20,913 bases of DNA. It comes from Trueperaceae bacterium (GTDB lineage Bacteria > Deinococcota > Deinococci > Deinococcales > Trueperaceae). How positions within the stretch are numbered: position 1 is the stretch's first letter; every line of letters starts with the position of its first letter. The stretch covers positions 1 through 20,913 of the forward strand of contig DASSXV010000031.1 in assembly GCA_035703635.1 (NCBI GenBank). The letters run 5' to 3'. Position numbers and translations under genes: made by a program. This document shows positions 8,579 through 17,971 of this stretch, in pieces. The notes beneath the pieces were generated by a model. That model searched no databases and had not been told where the DNA came from. It worked only from the letters and a program-made list of their open reading frames with translations.

Positions 8579-8591
<13 letters not shown>
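6753..8591 (-). CDS. recQ: ATP-dependent DNA helicase RecQ (helicase-RQC-single HRDC)
   Basis: [65 protein letters not shown]...CGNCDTC zinc site and a C-terminal [16 protein letters not shown]. Confidence 0.97.
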
Positions 8592-9817
<1,226 letters not shown>

Positions 9818-9925
9818 GAAGTTCATCGTAGCAGCGAGGGCCAGACACCACGTCGCGGTACTTGGCAACGGCCTAGGGCGGCTTATCATGCTCGAAGGCG
9901 GCGCGGTAACGCCGCCCAAAACTAG

Positions 9926-10075
9926 CTAACCCCTTCAGGGCAGGGTGAGATTCCCGACCGGCGGTGAAGGGCGCGAAGCACAGCAAGCGCCTTAGCCCGC
10001 GACGCTCACTACGGTGAGCTTGAACCGGTGATATTCCGGTGCCGACGGTAACAGTCCGGATGAGAGAAGGAGGTG
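9926..10075 (+). promoter_or_regulatory. FMN riboswitch (RFN element)
   Basis: CTTCAGGGCAGGGTGAGATTCCCGACCGGCGGT...AGCCCGCGA...CCGGTGATATTCCGGTGCCGACGGTAACAGTCCGGATGAGAGAAG matches the RFN consensus. It lies directly upstream of the rib operon, with P1 CCTTC/GAAGG. Confidence 0.96.
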
Positions 10076-10108
10076 AAGCGACGACCGCGAAAAGCGGTCG
10101 CGGCTTCC

Positions 10109-11275
10109 ATGGAACAAGGAACCCCAGACGACCTCTCGGCCGAACGTGCAGCCAGCGACGTTCGCTACATGAACCTGGCGCTCGCGCTAGCCGAGCACGG
10201 CCGTGGGCGCGTCAGCCCTAACCCCCTAGTCGGGTGCGTGATAGTCAAGAACGGCACCGTGGTAGGCGAAGGTTGGCACGCCCGCGCAGGCGGACCCCAC
10301 GCCGAAGTCAACGCCCTCGACGACGCGGGAGAGGCGGCACGTGGAGCCACCGCGTACGTCACCCTCGAGCCGTGCGACCACCACGGCCGCACGCCCCCAT
10401 GCACGGACGCGCTCATCGCCGCGGGCGTAGCACGCGTGGTGGTCGCCACGAGCGACCCCAACCCACGCGTCGACGGGCGCGGACTGCAGCGCCTGCGCGA
10501 GGCCGGCATAGAGGTCGTCGTTGGCGTGCAGCAGGCCGAGGCGGAAGTGCAGAACGAGGTCTACCGCACGACGTGGCTATTGGGGCGCCCGTTCGTCCTC
10601 TACAAGACCGCCATGTCGCTCGACGGCAAGATCGCGGTGCGCACGGGTCGCTCGCGCTGGATCACGGGTCCGACGGCCCGCAGCCGCGTCCACCATTGGC
10701 GCAACGAGTACGACGCCGTCGCCGTAGGCGTCAACACCGTCTTGCTCGATGACCCGGCCCTCACGACCCGCATCCCGGATGGGCACACTCCGGCCAAGGT
10801 CGTGTTCGACAGCATGGCCCGCACCCCAACCAGCGCGATGCTCTTCGCAGACGCGCCGAACGGGCAACGCGCCCGCGTAATCATCGTCGCGACCACGGAC
10901 GCGCCACCGCAGCGCACCAAGGCGCTCGAGGCCGCCGGCGCGCAGATCGTCTCCCTGCCAGCCAGCCACGGTCGGCCCCCCGTAACCGAGGCGCTTACCG
11001 CGCTGCTCGAACTTGGCATCACGAGCATCATGCTCGAGGGCGGCGGCTCGCTCGCGTGGGAGTTCTTCGCTGCTCACGCCGTAGACCGCGTCGCGTGGTT
11101 CGTGGCGCCGAAGCTCCTCGGCGGCTCCGCCTCAGGGCCGCTAGCGGGCCTCGGCGTGGCAAGCATCGACGACGCCTTCACCATCACCAACGTCGTCACG
11201 GAAACCATCGGACCAGACCTGCTCATCACGGGTAAGGTCGTCAACGCGCCAACCGCGGCCGAGACGGAGGCTTGA
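10109..11275 (+). CDS. ribD: Bifunctional diaminohydroxyphosphoribosylaminopyrimidine deaminase / reductase
   Basis: SPNPLVGCVIV, HAE, YVTLEPCDHHGRTPPC, AMSLDGKIA, SRWITG and LEGGG. Start uncertain (ATG 10109 preferred over GTG 10073, which is inside the SD). Confidence 0.95.
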   Translation: MEQGTPDDLSAERAASDVRYMNLALALAEHGRGRVSPNPLVGCVIVKNGTVVGEGWHARAGGPHAEVNALDDAGEAARGATAYVTLEPCDHHGRTPPCTDALIAAGVARVVVATSDPNPRVDGRGLQRLREAGIEVVVGVQQAEAEVQNEVYRTTWLLGRPFVLYKTAMSLDGKIAVRTGRSRWITGPTARSRVHHWRNEYDAVAVGVNTVLLDDPALTTRIPDGHTPAKVVFDSMARTPTSAMLFADAPNGQRARVIIVATTDAPPQRTKALEAAGAQIVSLPASHGRPPVTEALTALLELGITSIMLEGGGSLAWEFFAAHAVDRVAWFVAPKLLGGSASGPLAGLGVASIDDAFTITNVVTETIGPDLLITGKVVNAPTAAETEA

Positions 11276-11276
11276 A

Positions 11277-11909
11277 GTGTTCAGCGGCATAGTCGAGGAG
11301 GTCGGCACCGTAACCAGGGTCGCGGAAGACGGCGACGTGCGCCTCACCATCGCGGCGCAACGCGTGCTGGGCGACGTGAAACTAGGCGACTCCATCAGCG
11401 TCTCCGGTTGCTGCCTCACGGTGATCGCCTTCGACGAGCAGTCGTTCGACGTCGAGCTCTCGCGCGAGACCGTCGCCAAGACGGCGCCGCGGTGGTCGCT
11501 CGGCTCCAAAGTCAACCTAGAGCGTGCGCTGCGGGTGTCCGACCGCTTAGGCGGCCACATCGTCTCAGGACACGTGGACGGCGTTGGGGAAGTGCTCGAG
11601 CTGAGCGCCGAGCCCGGCGCTTACGTTCTGCGTGTCGCCGCCCCACCCGCGCTAGCCGCCCACCTGGTGCCGAAGGGCAGCGTGACGGTCGACGGCGTGA
11701 GCCTCACCCTCGTGGACGTCGGCGGCCCTGGAGGAACGCAACCGGAGTGGCCAGCCAACGAGTTCAGCTTGTGGCTCATCCCACACACTCTCGAGGTCAC
11801 GACCCTTGGCGAGTTGCGGCCCGGTTCCCGCGTGAACGTCGAAAGCGACGTACTCGCCAAGTACGTTGAGCGTTTGCAGCTCGTAGCGAAAGGAAACGCG
11901 CATGCCTGA
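11277..11909 (+). CDS. ribE: Riboflavin synthase (alpha chain)
   Basis: MFSGIVEE N-terminus, [43 protein letters not shown] and LIPHT. Confidence 0.96.
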   Translation: MFSGIVEEVGTVTRVAEDGDVRLTIAAQRVLGDVKLGDSISVSGCCLTVIAFDEQSFDVELSRETVAKTAPRWSLGSKVNLERALRVSDRLGGHIVSGHVDGVGEVLELSAEPGAYVLRVAAPPALAAHLVPKGSVTVDGVSLTLVDVGGPGGTQPEWPANEFSLWLIPHTLEVTTLGELRPGSRVNVESDVLAKYVERLQLVAKGNAHA

Positions 11910-13149
11910 CCAAACAGATGCTCACGGCGCGGCTGAAGCGACTGGCATCGCCACCGTGCCGGAGCTACTTGCCGAGCTACGCGCCGGCCGCCCCATCATC
12001 GTCGTTGACGACGAGGACCGCGAGAACGAGGGCGACCTCGTGGTAGCCGCCCAGTTCGCGACCACCGAGAACTTGGCGTTCATGATCCGCTACACGGGCG
12101 GCGTCGTCTGCTTGGCGTTGGAGGAGGGTGCCGCCGATCGCCTCGACCTGCCGCCGATGGTGCGCGACAACACCGCGCGGCGCGGCACGGCGTTCACCGT
12201 GAGCATCGAAGCCAAGAACGGCATCAGCACCGGCATCAGCGCCCACGACCGCGCCGTCACCATCCGCACCGCCGTGGCGCCGGGCGCGAGCGGCAGCGAC
12301 CTCGCGCGTCCGGGTCACGTCTTCCCGCTGCGCGCGAAGGACGGCGGGGTGCTGCGCCGCGCCGGGCACACCGAGGCCAGCGTCGACCTCTGCCGACTGG
12401 CTGGCCTCGAGCCTGCAGCCGCCATCTCCGAACTCATGGCCGACGATGGCAGCATGCTGCGCCTCCCCGCCATCAAGGAGTTCGCGGCCGAGCATCACGT
12501 CAAGGTCGGCACCATCGCTAGCCTCATCAGCTACCGCCTGGCGCAAGACGCATTTGTGCGCCGCGTGGTCAGCACCAAGTTGCCGACGCCTTACGGTGAG
12601 TTCATGGTGCACGGCTTCGTCGATGAACTGACCGGCGCCGAGCACGTTGCCCTGACGCTGGGTGACGTGGCGCACGCGTCCGGCAACGGCAAGGGGGTGC
12701 TCGTGCGCATGCACTCCGAGTGCCTCACGGGGGACGCCCTGCATAGCCTGCGTTGCGACTGCGGTGCGCAGCGCGACGCGGCCATGGCCGCCATCGCGCA
12801 AGAGGGCGCCGGCGTGCTCGTCTACCTGCGGCAGGAGGGGCGCGGCATCGGGCTCCTCAACAAGCTGCGGGCTTATCACTTGCAGGACGAGGGTTACGAC
12901 ACGGTAGAAGCCAACGAGCAGCTCGGCTTGCCCGTCGACGGCCGCGATTACGGCGTTGGCGCCCAGATCCTCGCGGACTTGGGCGTGAGGAGCATGCGGC
13001 TCCTCACCAACAACCCGCGCAAGCTGGCGGCGCTACGCGGCTTCGGCCTCGAGACCGTCGAGCGGGTGCCGCTGCACGTCGGCCAGAACCCGTACAACGA
13101 GCGTTACCTGCGCACCAAGGAGGAGAAGCTCGGTCACTTGGTCGATTAA
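11902..13149 (+). CDS. ribBA: Bifunctional DHBP synthase / GTP cyclohydrolase II
   Basis: [28 protein letters not shown], then [11 protein letters not shown]...[13 protein letters not shown] and LLTNNPRK. Confidence 0.97.
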   Translation: MPDQTDAHGAAEATGIATVPELLAELRAGRPIIVVDDEDRENEGDLVVAAQFATTENLAFMIRYTGGVVCLALEEGAADRLDLPPMVRDNTARRGTAFTVSIEAKNGISTGISAHDRAVTIRTAVAPGASGSDLARPGHVFPLRAKDGGVLRRAGHTEASVDLCRLAGLEPAAAISELMADDGSMLRLPAIKEFAAEHHVKVGTIASLISYRLAQDAFVRRVVSTKLPTPYGEFMVHGFVDELTGAEHVALTLGDVAHASGNGKGVLVRMHSECLTGDALHSLRCDCGAQRDAAMAAIAQEGAGVLVYLRQEGRGIGLLNKLRAYHLQDEGYDTVEANEQLGLPVDGRDYGVGAQILADLGVRSMRLLTNNPRKLAALRGFGLETVERVPLHVGQNPYNERYLRTKEEKLGHLVD

Positions 13150-13184
13150 CCCATACCTAGCCACGTGATGCCGAAGGATTAGCC

Positions 13185-13826
13185 ATGACGCTGTTCCGTA
13201 ACCGAATCGACGCAGGCGAGAAGCTGGCCTGGGAGCTTGGCGAGTTCCACGGCGGGAACACGGTGGTGGTCGGGTTACCCCGCGGAGGGGTGCCGGTGGC
13301 CGCCGAGGTGGCGCGGCAACTGGGTGCGCCGCTCGATGTGCTGCCCGTGCGTAAGGTGGGGCACCCGAGCCAGCCTGAGTTGGCTATCGGCGCCATAGCT
13401 CAAGGCGGGTTCTTGGTGAGGAACGAGGCCCTGACTGGGGATAGCGGCGTTTCGGACGCCGATTTCGAGGCGCTAGTCAACCGTGAGCGCCGCGAGCTCG
13501 TGCGCCGCGCCGCCAACTACCGCGGCGACCGCCCACCCCTCGACCTCGCCAACAAGGTCGTGGTGTTGGTCGACGACGGGTTGGCTACCGGCGCCACCAT
13601 GCGCGCGGCGGTGGCGGCGGCCAGGGGCCTCGGCGCGGCCCGCGTGATAGTGGCGGTGCCGGTGGCCTCGCCCGAAACGCGCGCTCTCTTAGAGGCGGAG
13701 GCCGACCAGGTCGTGTGCGTGGCAGAGCCAACGGCCTTCGGCAGCGTCGGCGAGTGGTACGCGGACTTCAACCAAACGACGGACGCCGAAGTCAACGAGT
13801 TGCTGAAGGGCTCGAGACCTTCGTGA
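13185..13826 (+). CDS. Phosphoribosyltransferase-family protein
   Basis: FRNRIDAG, GLPRGGVPVA, VRKVG.P.QPELAIGA, PRPP-binding VVLVDDGLATGAT and VGEWYADFNQTTD. Confidence 0.9.
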   Translation: MTLFRNRIDAGEKLAWELGEFHGGNTVVVGLPRGGVPVAAEVARQLGAPLDVLPVRKVGHPSQPELAIGAIAQGGFLVRNEALTGDSGVSDADFEALVNRERRELVRRAANYRGDRPPLDLANKVVVLVDDGLATGATMRAAVAAARGLGAARVIVAVPVASPETRALLEAEADQVVCVAEPTAFGSVGEWYADFNQTTDAEVNELLKGSRPS

Positions 13827-13829
13827 CCG

Positions 13830-14483
13830 TTACTCCGCCAGTCGACTCTCCAACTCGTCGACGCGGCGCTCAAGCGCCTCCATGCGCCTGAGCAGCACCG
13901 CCAACGGCGAGCCGCTTGACTCTGGCGCCGCGGCGTGGTCGCCTTCCGCGCCGTCGACGCGGCGCGGGCGGACACGCGGCTGCATGCGTTCCTCGTCGGC
14001 GCCGAGCTTGTGAACCCAGCGGTCCTGGCTTTGGCCTGGGGCGCGGCCCAGGTTCTCCACGAGCGGCGCTGGGCGCTCGGTCAAGCCGACCAGAACGCGC
14101 TCGACCGCCGGCACGTCAGCGAAGGAGACGTAGCGGTCGGTGCGAGTGCGCAACTCGCCAGGCGTCTGCGCTCCGCGGAGCATGAGCACGCTCAGTAGCG
14201 CGAGCTCCTCCGCGTTGACCGACCACGCCTGGGCTAGCTTGTGGCGGTGCTTCGGCACGCGGTCGCTTACCTCCTGAACGGTGGAGGCCAGCCCCTTGTC
14301 GCGCAGGCGCTGCACCGCTTCGAGGACGTCCTGCAGGTGGTAGTTGGTGACGGGGTCGCGGCTGGTCTTCTGGTTGCAGGCGGTAACCAGCGCCTGGCTC
14401 GTGAGGGGGTAACTCTCTGGCGTGGTGCTTTCCTTCTCAACGAGGGAGCCAAGCACGCGCAGCTCGATGTCGGTCAAAGGCAT
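13830..14483 (-). CDS. DUF480 / YceH-family protein
   Basis: ELRVLGSLVEKESTTPESYPLT...ACNQKTSRDPV, LMLRGAQTPGELRTR and a C-terminal coiled coil. Start at ATG 14483 with TATCCT 7 nt upstream. The ORF-track extension to 14738 overlaps the opposite gene. Confidence 0.9.
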   Translation of the reverse strand: MPLTDIELRVLGSLVEKESTTPESYPLTSQALVTACNQKTSRDPVTNYHLQDVLEAVQRLRDKGLASTVQEVSDRVPKHRHKLAQAWSVNAEELALLSVLMLRGAQTPGELRTRTDRYVSFADVPAVERVLVGLTERPAPLVENLGRAPGQSQDRWVHKLGADEERMQPRVRPRRVDGAEGDHAAAPESSGSPLAVLLRRMEALERRVDELESRLAE

Positions 14484-14558
14484 GTCAGCCAGGATAATAC
14501 GCGTACCTCGCCAACCTGCGGCCGCAACCTCGGCGCACAGTTGTAATAGCCTACGGTC

Positions 14559-15251
14559 GTGCCCATCCGCGACGAACTGATCGAACGCACCATCCAGCAA
14601 CTCGCTGCGCTCATGGCCAAGCTGCTGCTGGCACGCTCGAGCGTCGTCGAGGCCGCGCGCTTCGACCTGAGCGCCGCTGAGCGCGAGATCGAAACGCTTT
14701 ACCTCGCGAACCTCGGCACGAGCCGCAGCCTCGTTCATCGCCTCGGCGTCGAGGACCTCATCGGGGTGCTCGGCACCGCTGGCTACGTCGACGGCGAACG
14801 CGCCTACCTACTTGGCGCCCTGCTGAGCGTGGACGCAGAGGCGGCGGTGGCGGCGGGAGCGGCAGAGGACGATCCTGAGGTGCTGCGCCTACGCAATGCC
14901 GCGCTGGCCGTGCTGCTCGAAGCTGGCGCCGTGAACCTAGGCGAACCCGACCTCGGCGACCGCGTGCAGGCGCTGCTTAGCGAGGTGCCAAGCGACCTCC
15001 GACCACTCAGTACTTTCGAGCGCCGCTTCCGCTACGAGTTCGCGTCGGACAGGTACGCCAGGGCCGAGGACGCGCTGTTCTCCTGGCTCGATCACGCGGG
15101 TAGCTTCGAGGAGCGACTGGAGGCGGCAGCGACGGCGATCGCCTTCTACGACGCCCTGGACGGCAAGAGCGACGAGGAGCTTGCGCTGGGAGACTTCGAG
15201 CGCGCGGACATCGCGTTAGGACGCGGTGACTTCGCGGCGCGGGTTACGTAA
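14559..15251 (+). CDS. Hypothetical helical protein (resembles DUF6483 family)
   Basis: Clean 230-aa ORF with typical codon usage. RDELIERTIQQLA N-terminus and YARAEDALF resemble DUF6483 from memory. Leaderless TAGCCT 6 nt before the GTG. Confidence 0.7.
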   Translation: MPIRDELIERTIQQLAALMAKLLLARSSVVEAARFDLSAAEREIETLYLANLGTSRSLVHRLGVEDLIGVLGTAGYVDGERAYLLGALLSVDAEAAVAAGAAEDDPEVLRLRNAALAVLLEAGAVNLGEPDLGDRVQALLSEVPSDLRPLSTFERRFRYEFASDRYARAEDALFSWLDHAGSFEERLEAAATAIAFYDALDGKSDEELALGDFERADIALGRGDFAARVT

Positions 15252-15257
15252 GGGTCC

Positions 15258-16562
15258 TCACTCCCACTCCGGCTCCTCAACAGCCTCGCGCGCTACCTTC
15301 ACCCAACCGACGCGCAGGCCGTCCATCTCCTCGACTTCGAGACGGAAGCCTTGCCACACGGTCTCGTCTTGCACTTGGGGAACGCGCCCGAGGCGGTCGG
15401 CTAGGAGACCGCCGACGGTCTGGTAACCGCTGCCTTCCGGCACCACGTCGTCCTTCAGGCCCAACATGTCGACGAAGTCATCCACGTGCATCGAGCCCTG
15501 CACGCGCCACAGGCCCTCGCCCAACTCGAGGGACTCCGGCACGTCCTCCTCGCCTGGGGGGAGGATGTCGCCGACCAGTTCCTCGAGGATGTCCGCTAGC
15601 GTCACGATCCCCTCTACCCCGCCGTACTCGTCGAGCACGACCGCGAAGTGCGTGCGCGACTCGCGGAAGCTGTTGAGGAGCGTGAGGATGGGTAGCGTCT
15701 CAGGCACCATTAGCGGCTTGCGCACCATGCTGCGCAAGTCGAACGGGCCGCCTTGCAGGCGCGCGGCCAAGATCTCCCTGATGGCGACGAAGCCAACGAC
15801 GTTATCGAGTTGGCCTTCGCACACGAGGTAACGACCGTGCGGTTCGGCGCCGAGGCGCTCGAGGATCTCCTGCGGACCGGCATCGACGTCGAACCACGAG
15901 ACCTCGTGGCGCGGCGTCATGATGGCGTTGGCCTTCCTCTCCCCCAACCAGAAGGCGTTCTCGATGATCTCCTGCTCGGCCGGCTCGATGACGCCAGCAC
16001 GCAGGCCCTGCGCGATGACCATGTCGATGTCGGCTTCGCTGATCTCTTCCTCTTGGCTCGGCTTCACGCGCAGTAAGCGCAAGAGCACGTTCGTCGATGC
16101 GCTGAGGAAGCTCACGAGCGGTTTCGCCACCCGTGACAGGCCGAGCATGAACCCACCGATGGCCATGGCGACGCGTTCAGGGTCGTTGAGGCCGATGCGC
16201 TTGGGGACGAGCTCGCCCGCGACAAGCGAGACGTAGGAGATGATGACGACCACGACGCCGAACGCCAGCGGCTCGGCGATCGCCGTGAGGAACGGCACCT
16301 TGGCGAGTTGCATGGCGAGCGGACCCGATAGGGTGGCGCCGCCGAACGCGCCAGAGAAGACCCCGACGAGGGTGATACCGATCTGCGTGGTGGAGAGGAA
16401 GGTGTTCGGGTTCTCGGCCAGGGCGAGCGCGCGCTTGGCTGCCGGCACGCCCAACTCGGCCTTCTGCTGCAAGCGCATCCGGTTGGCCGACACTACGGCT
16501 ATCTCTGCCATGGCGAATACGCCGTTGATGACGATAAGGAGCAGGACGATCACGACGCTCAT
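15258..16562 (-). CDS. Hemolysin-family CNNM(DUF21)-CBS-CorC/HlyC membrane protein
   Basis: INGVFAMAEIAVVS, FLSTTQIGIT, GELVPKRI, IMTPR, VVLDEYGGVEGIVTLADILEELVGDI and YQTVGG. Confidence 0.94.
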   Translation of the reverse strand: MSVVIVLLLIVINGVFAMAEIAVVSANRMRLQQKAELGVPAAKRALALAENPNTFLSTTQIGITLVGVFSGAFGGATLSGPLAMQLAKVPFLTAIAEPLAFGVVVVIISYVSLVAGELVPKRIGLNDPERVAMAIGGFMLGLSRVAKPLVSFLSASTNVLLRLLRVKPSQEEEISEADIDMVIAQGLRAGVIEPAEQEIIENAFWLGERKANAIMTPRHEVSWFDVDAGPQEILERLGAEPHGRYLVCEGQLDNVVGFVAIREILAARLQGGPFDLRSMVRKPLMVPETLPILTLLNSFRESRTHFAVVLDEYGGVEGIVTLADILEELVGDILPPGEEDVPESLELGEGLWRVQGSMHVDDFVDMLGLKDDVVPEGSGYQTVGGLLADRLGRVPQVQDETVWQGFRLEVEEMDGLRVGWVKVAREAVEEPEWE

Positions 16563-16765
16563 GCTTCGGCAACTATAAGCACTGGTCCGGTGCGCGAGCG
16601 GTCGCTGGTCGAGGGAGAGCGCTTTGGCGGCCCCCTCAGCAGCCGTGCGCTTCGAGGATTCGCGCGCACGACGGCAAGAACCGTGGGACAGTTGTCCTTA
16701 GCCCAGAATCATTCCGGTTGTTAGCCTCGGAGCATTGGCCTCATGGCCATCAGAAAGGACCGTCG

Positions 16766-17854
16766 ATGACTGGTTGGAAGCGATCTACTCCCATCGTCTT
16801 GCTGATTGCAGCGCTTGTCTCCCTAGTTGGCTTCGCAAGCGCGCAGGAGGTCGACCAGCTGCAACAGACCGCCCAAGCGCTGTTCGCCCCCTTGCCAGAA
16901 GTGGCCGCCAACCCAGACAACCCCGTAACTGAGGCGAAGGTCGACCTCGGCAAGATGCTCTACTACGAGCCGCGCCTCTCCCTCTCCGGCGTCTTCTCCT
17001 GCAACAGTTGCCACAACATCGCGACCTACGGGGTAGACAACCTCGAGACCGCAACGGGTCACGGCTGGGCGCAGGGCCCGCGCAACTCACCGACCGTCAT
17101 GAACGCCGCCGTCCAAGCCTCGCAGTTCTGGGACGGGCGCGCCAAGGACGTCGAAGAGCAGGCGGGCGGCCCGATCCTCAACCCCATCGAGATGGGCATA
17201 CCTTCACAGGAGTTCGCCATCGAGCGCCTGGCGTCCATGCCGGAGTACGGCGAGCTGTTCGCGCGCGCCTTCCCCGACCAGGCCGAGCCGCTCGTTTACG
17301 GCAACGTGGCCAACGCCATCGGAGCCTTCGAGCGCACCCTCGTGACCCCAGCGCGCTTCGACGACTACCTCACCGGCAACAGCGCGGCACTCACGGACCT
17401 CGAGAAGACCGGCCTGCAGACGTTCATCAACTACGGCTGCGCCGGCTGCCACAACGGCGCAGCCGTCGGAGGCAACTCACTGCAGCGCTTCGGCGTCGTT
17501 GAGTCGTACTGGGAAGCAACCCGCGAGTTCGTGACCATCGACACGCCAACCATGGCCATGGACGTCGGCCGCTTCGCCGTCACGCACGACACCAACGACC
17601 TGTACATCTTCAAGGTCCCGACCCTACGCAACATCACCCGCACCTACCCGTACTTCCACGACGGCTCCGTCTGGGACCTGCGCGACGCGACGCAGATCAT
17701 GGCCCGCGTGCAGCTCGGCCGCGAGCTGACCGAAGAGGACCTCGACGCGCTCATGGCCTTCTACGGCACGCTAGAAGGCGAGATCCCCGCCTACGCGCTG
17801 CAGTTGCCCGTGCTGCCGGCTTCCACTGGGGGGACTTCGCGGCCTAGGCACTGA
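16766..17854 (+). CDS. ccp: Diheme cytochrome c peroxidase (CcpA/MauG family), secreted
   Basis: Signal peptide, LGKMLYYEPRLS, CNSCH, RNSPTVMNA, QFWDGRA, NPIEM, CAGCH and FKVPTLRNI..TYPYFHDGS. GAAAGGA RBS before ATG 16766. Confidence 0.95.
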   Translation: MTGWKRSTPIVLLIAALVSLVGFASAQEVDQLQQTAQALFAPLPEVAANPDNPVTEAKVDLGKMLYYEPRLSLSGVFSCNSCHNIATYGVDNLETATGHGWAQGPRNSPTVMNAAVQASQFWDGRAKDVEEQAGGPILNPIEMGIPSQEFAIERLASMPEYGELFARAFPDQAEPLVYGNVANAIGAFERTLVTPARFDDYLTGNSAALTDLEKTGLQTFINYGCAGCHNGAAVGGNSLQRFGVVESYWEATREFVTIDTPTMAMDVGRFAVTHDTNDLYIFKVPTLRNITRTYPYFHDGSVWDLRDATQIMARVQLGRELTEEDLDALMAFYGTLEGEIPAYALQLPVLPASTGGTSRPRH

Positions 17855-17877
17855 GAATCGTTGATTGAGTCTATGAG

Positions 17878-17908
17878 GCGCGCGCCGGGTAACTGGCGCG
17901 CGCTTGTT
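17878..17908 (+). terminator. Probable intrinsic terminator between ccp and the CRISPR trailer
   Basis: GCGCGCGCC (17878-17886)/GGCGCGCGC (17895-17903) stem followed by TTGTT. Confidence 0.6.
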
Positions 17909-17971
17909 CGTCATGAAGAGGGCGCTTGGGTGACGGTCGAGCCCGAAAAGTCTGCGTTACTTGTGTGAGCA

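Noticed and set aside
11977-12879. Long antisense or alternate-frame ORFs such as 11977-12879, 2300-3100 and 4631-5416
   Set aside because: Typical high-GC shadow ORFs overlapping well-supported genes, with no recognisable motifs.
14484-14738. Long N-terminal extension of DUF480, and similar extensions for metG (1863), the aminopeptidase (9919) and ccp (16718)
   Set aside because: They overlap opposite-strand genes or promoters. Internal starts have better RBS or -10 support.
15258-17854. CNNM/CBS protein or ccp as CRISPR ancillary genes
   Set aside because: Both are ordinary housekeeping families with no CARF, nuclease or Cas motifs, and a terminator-like hairpin separates them from the array.
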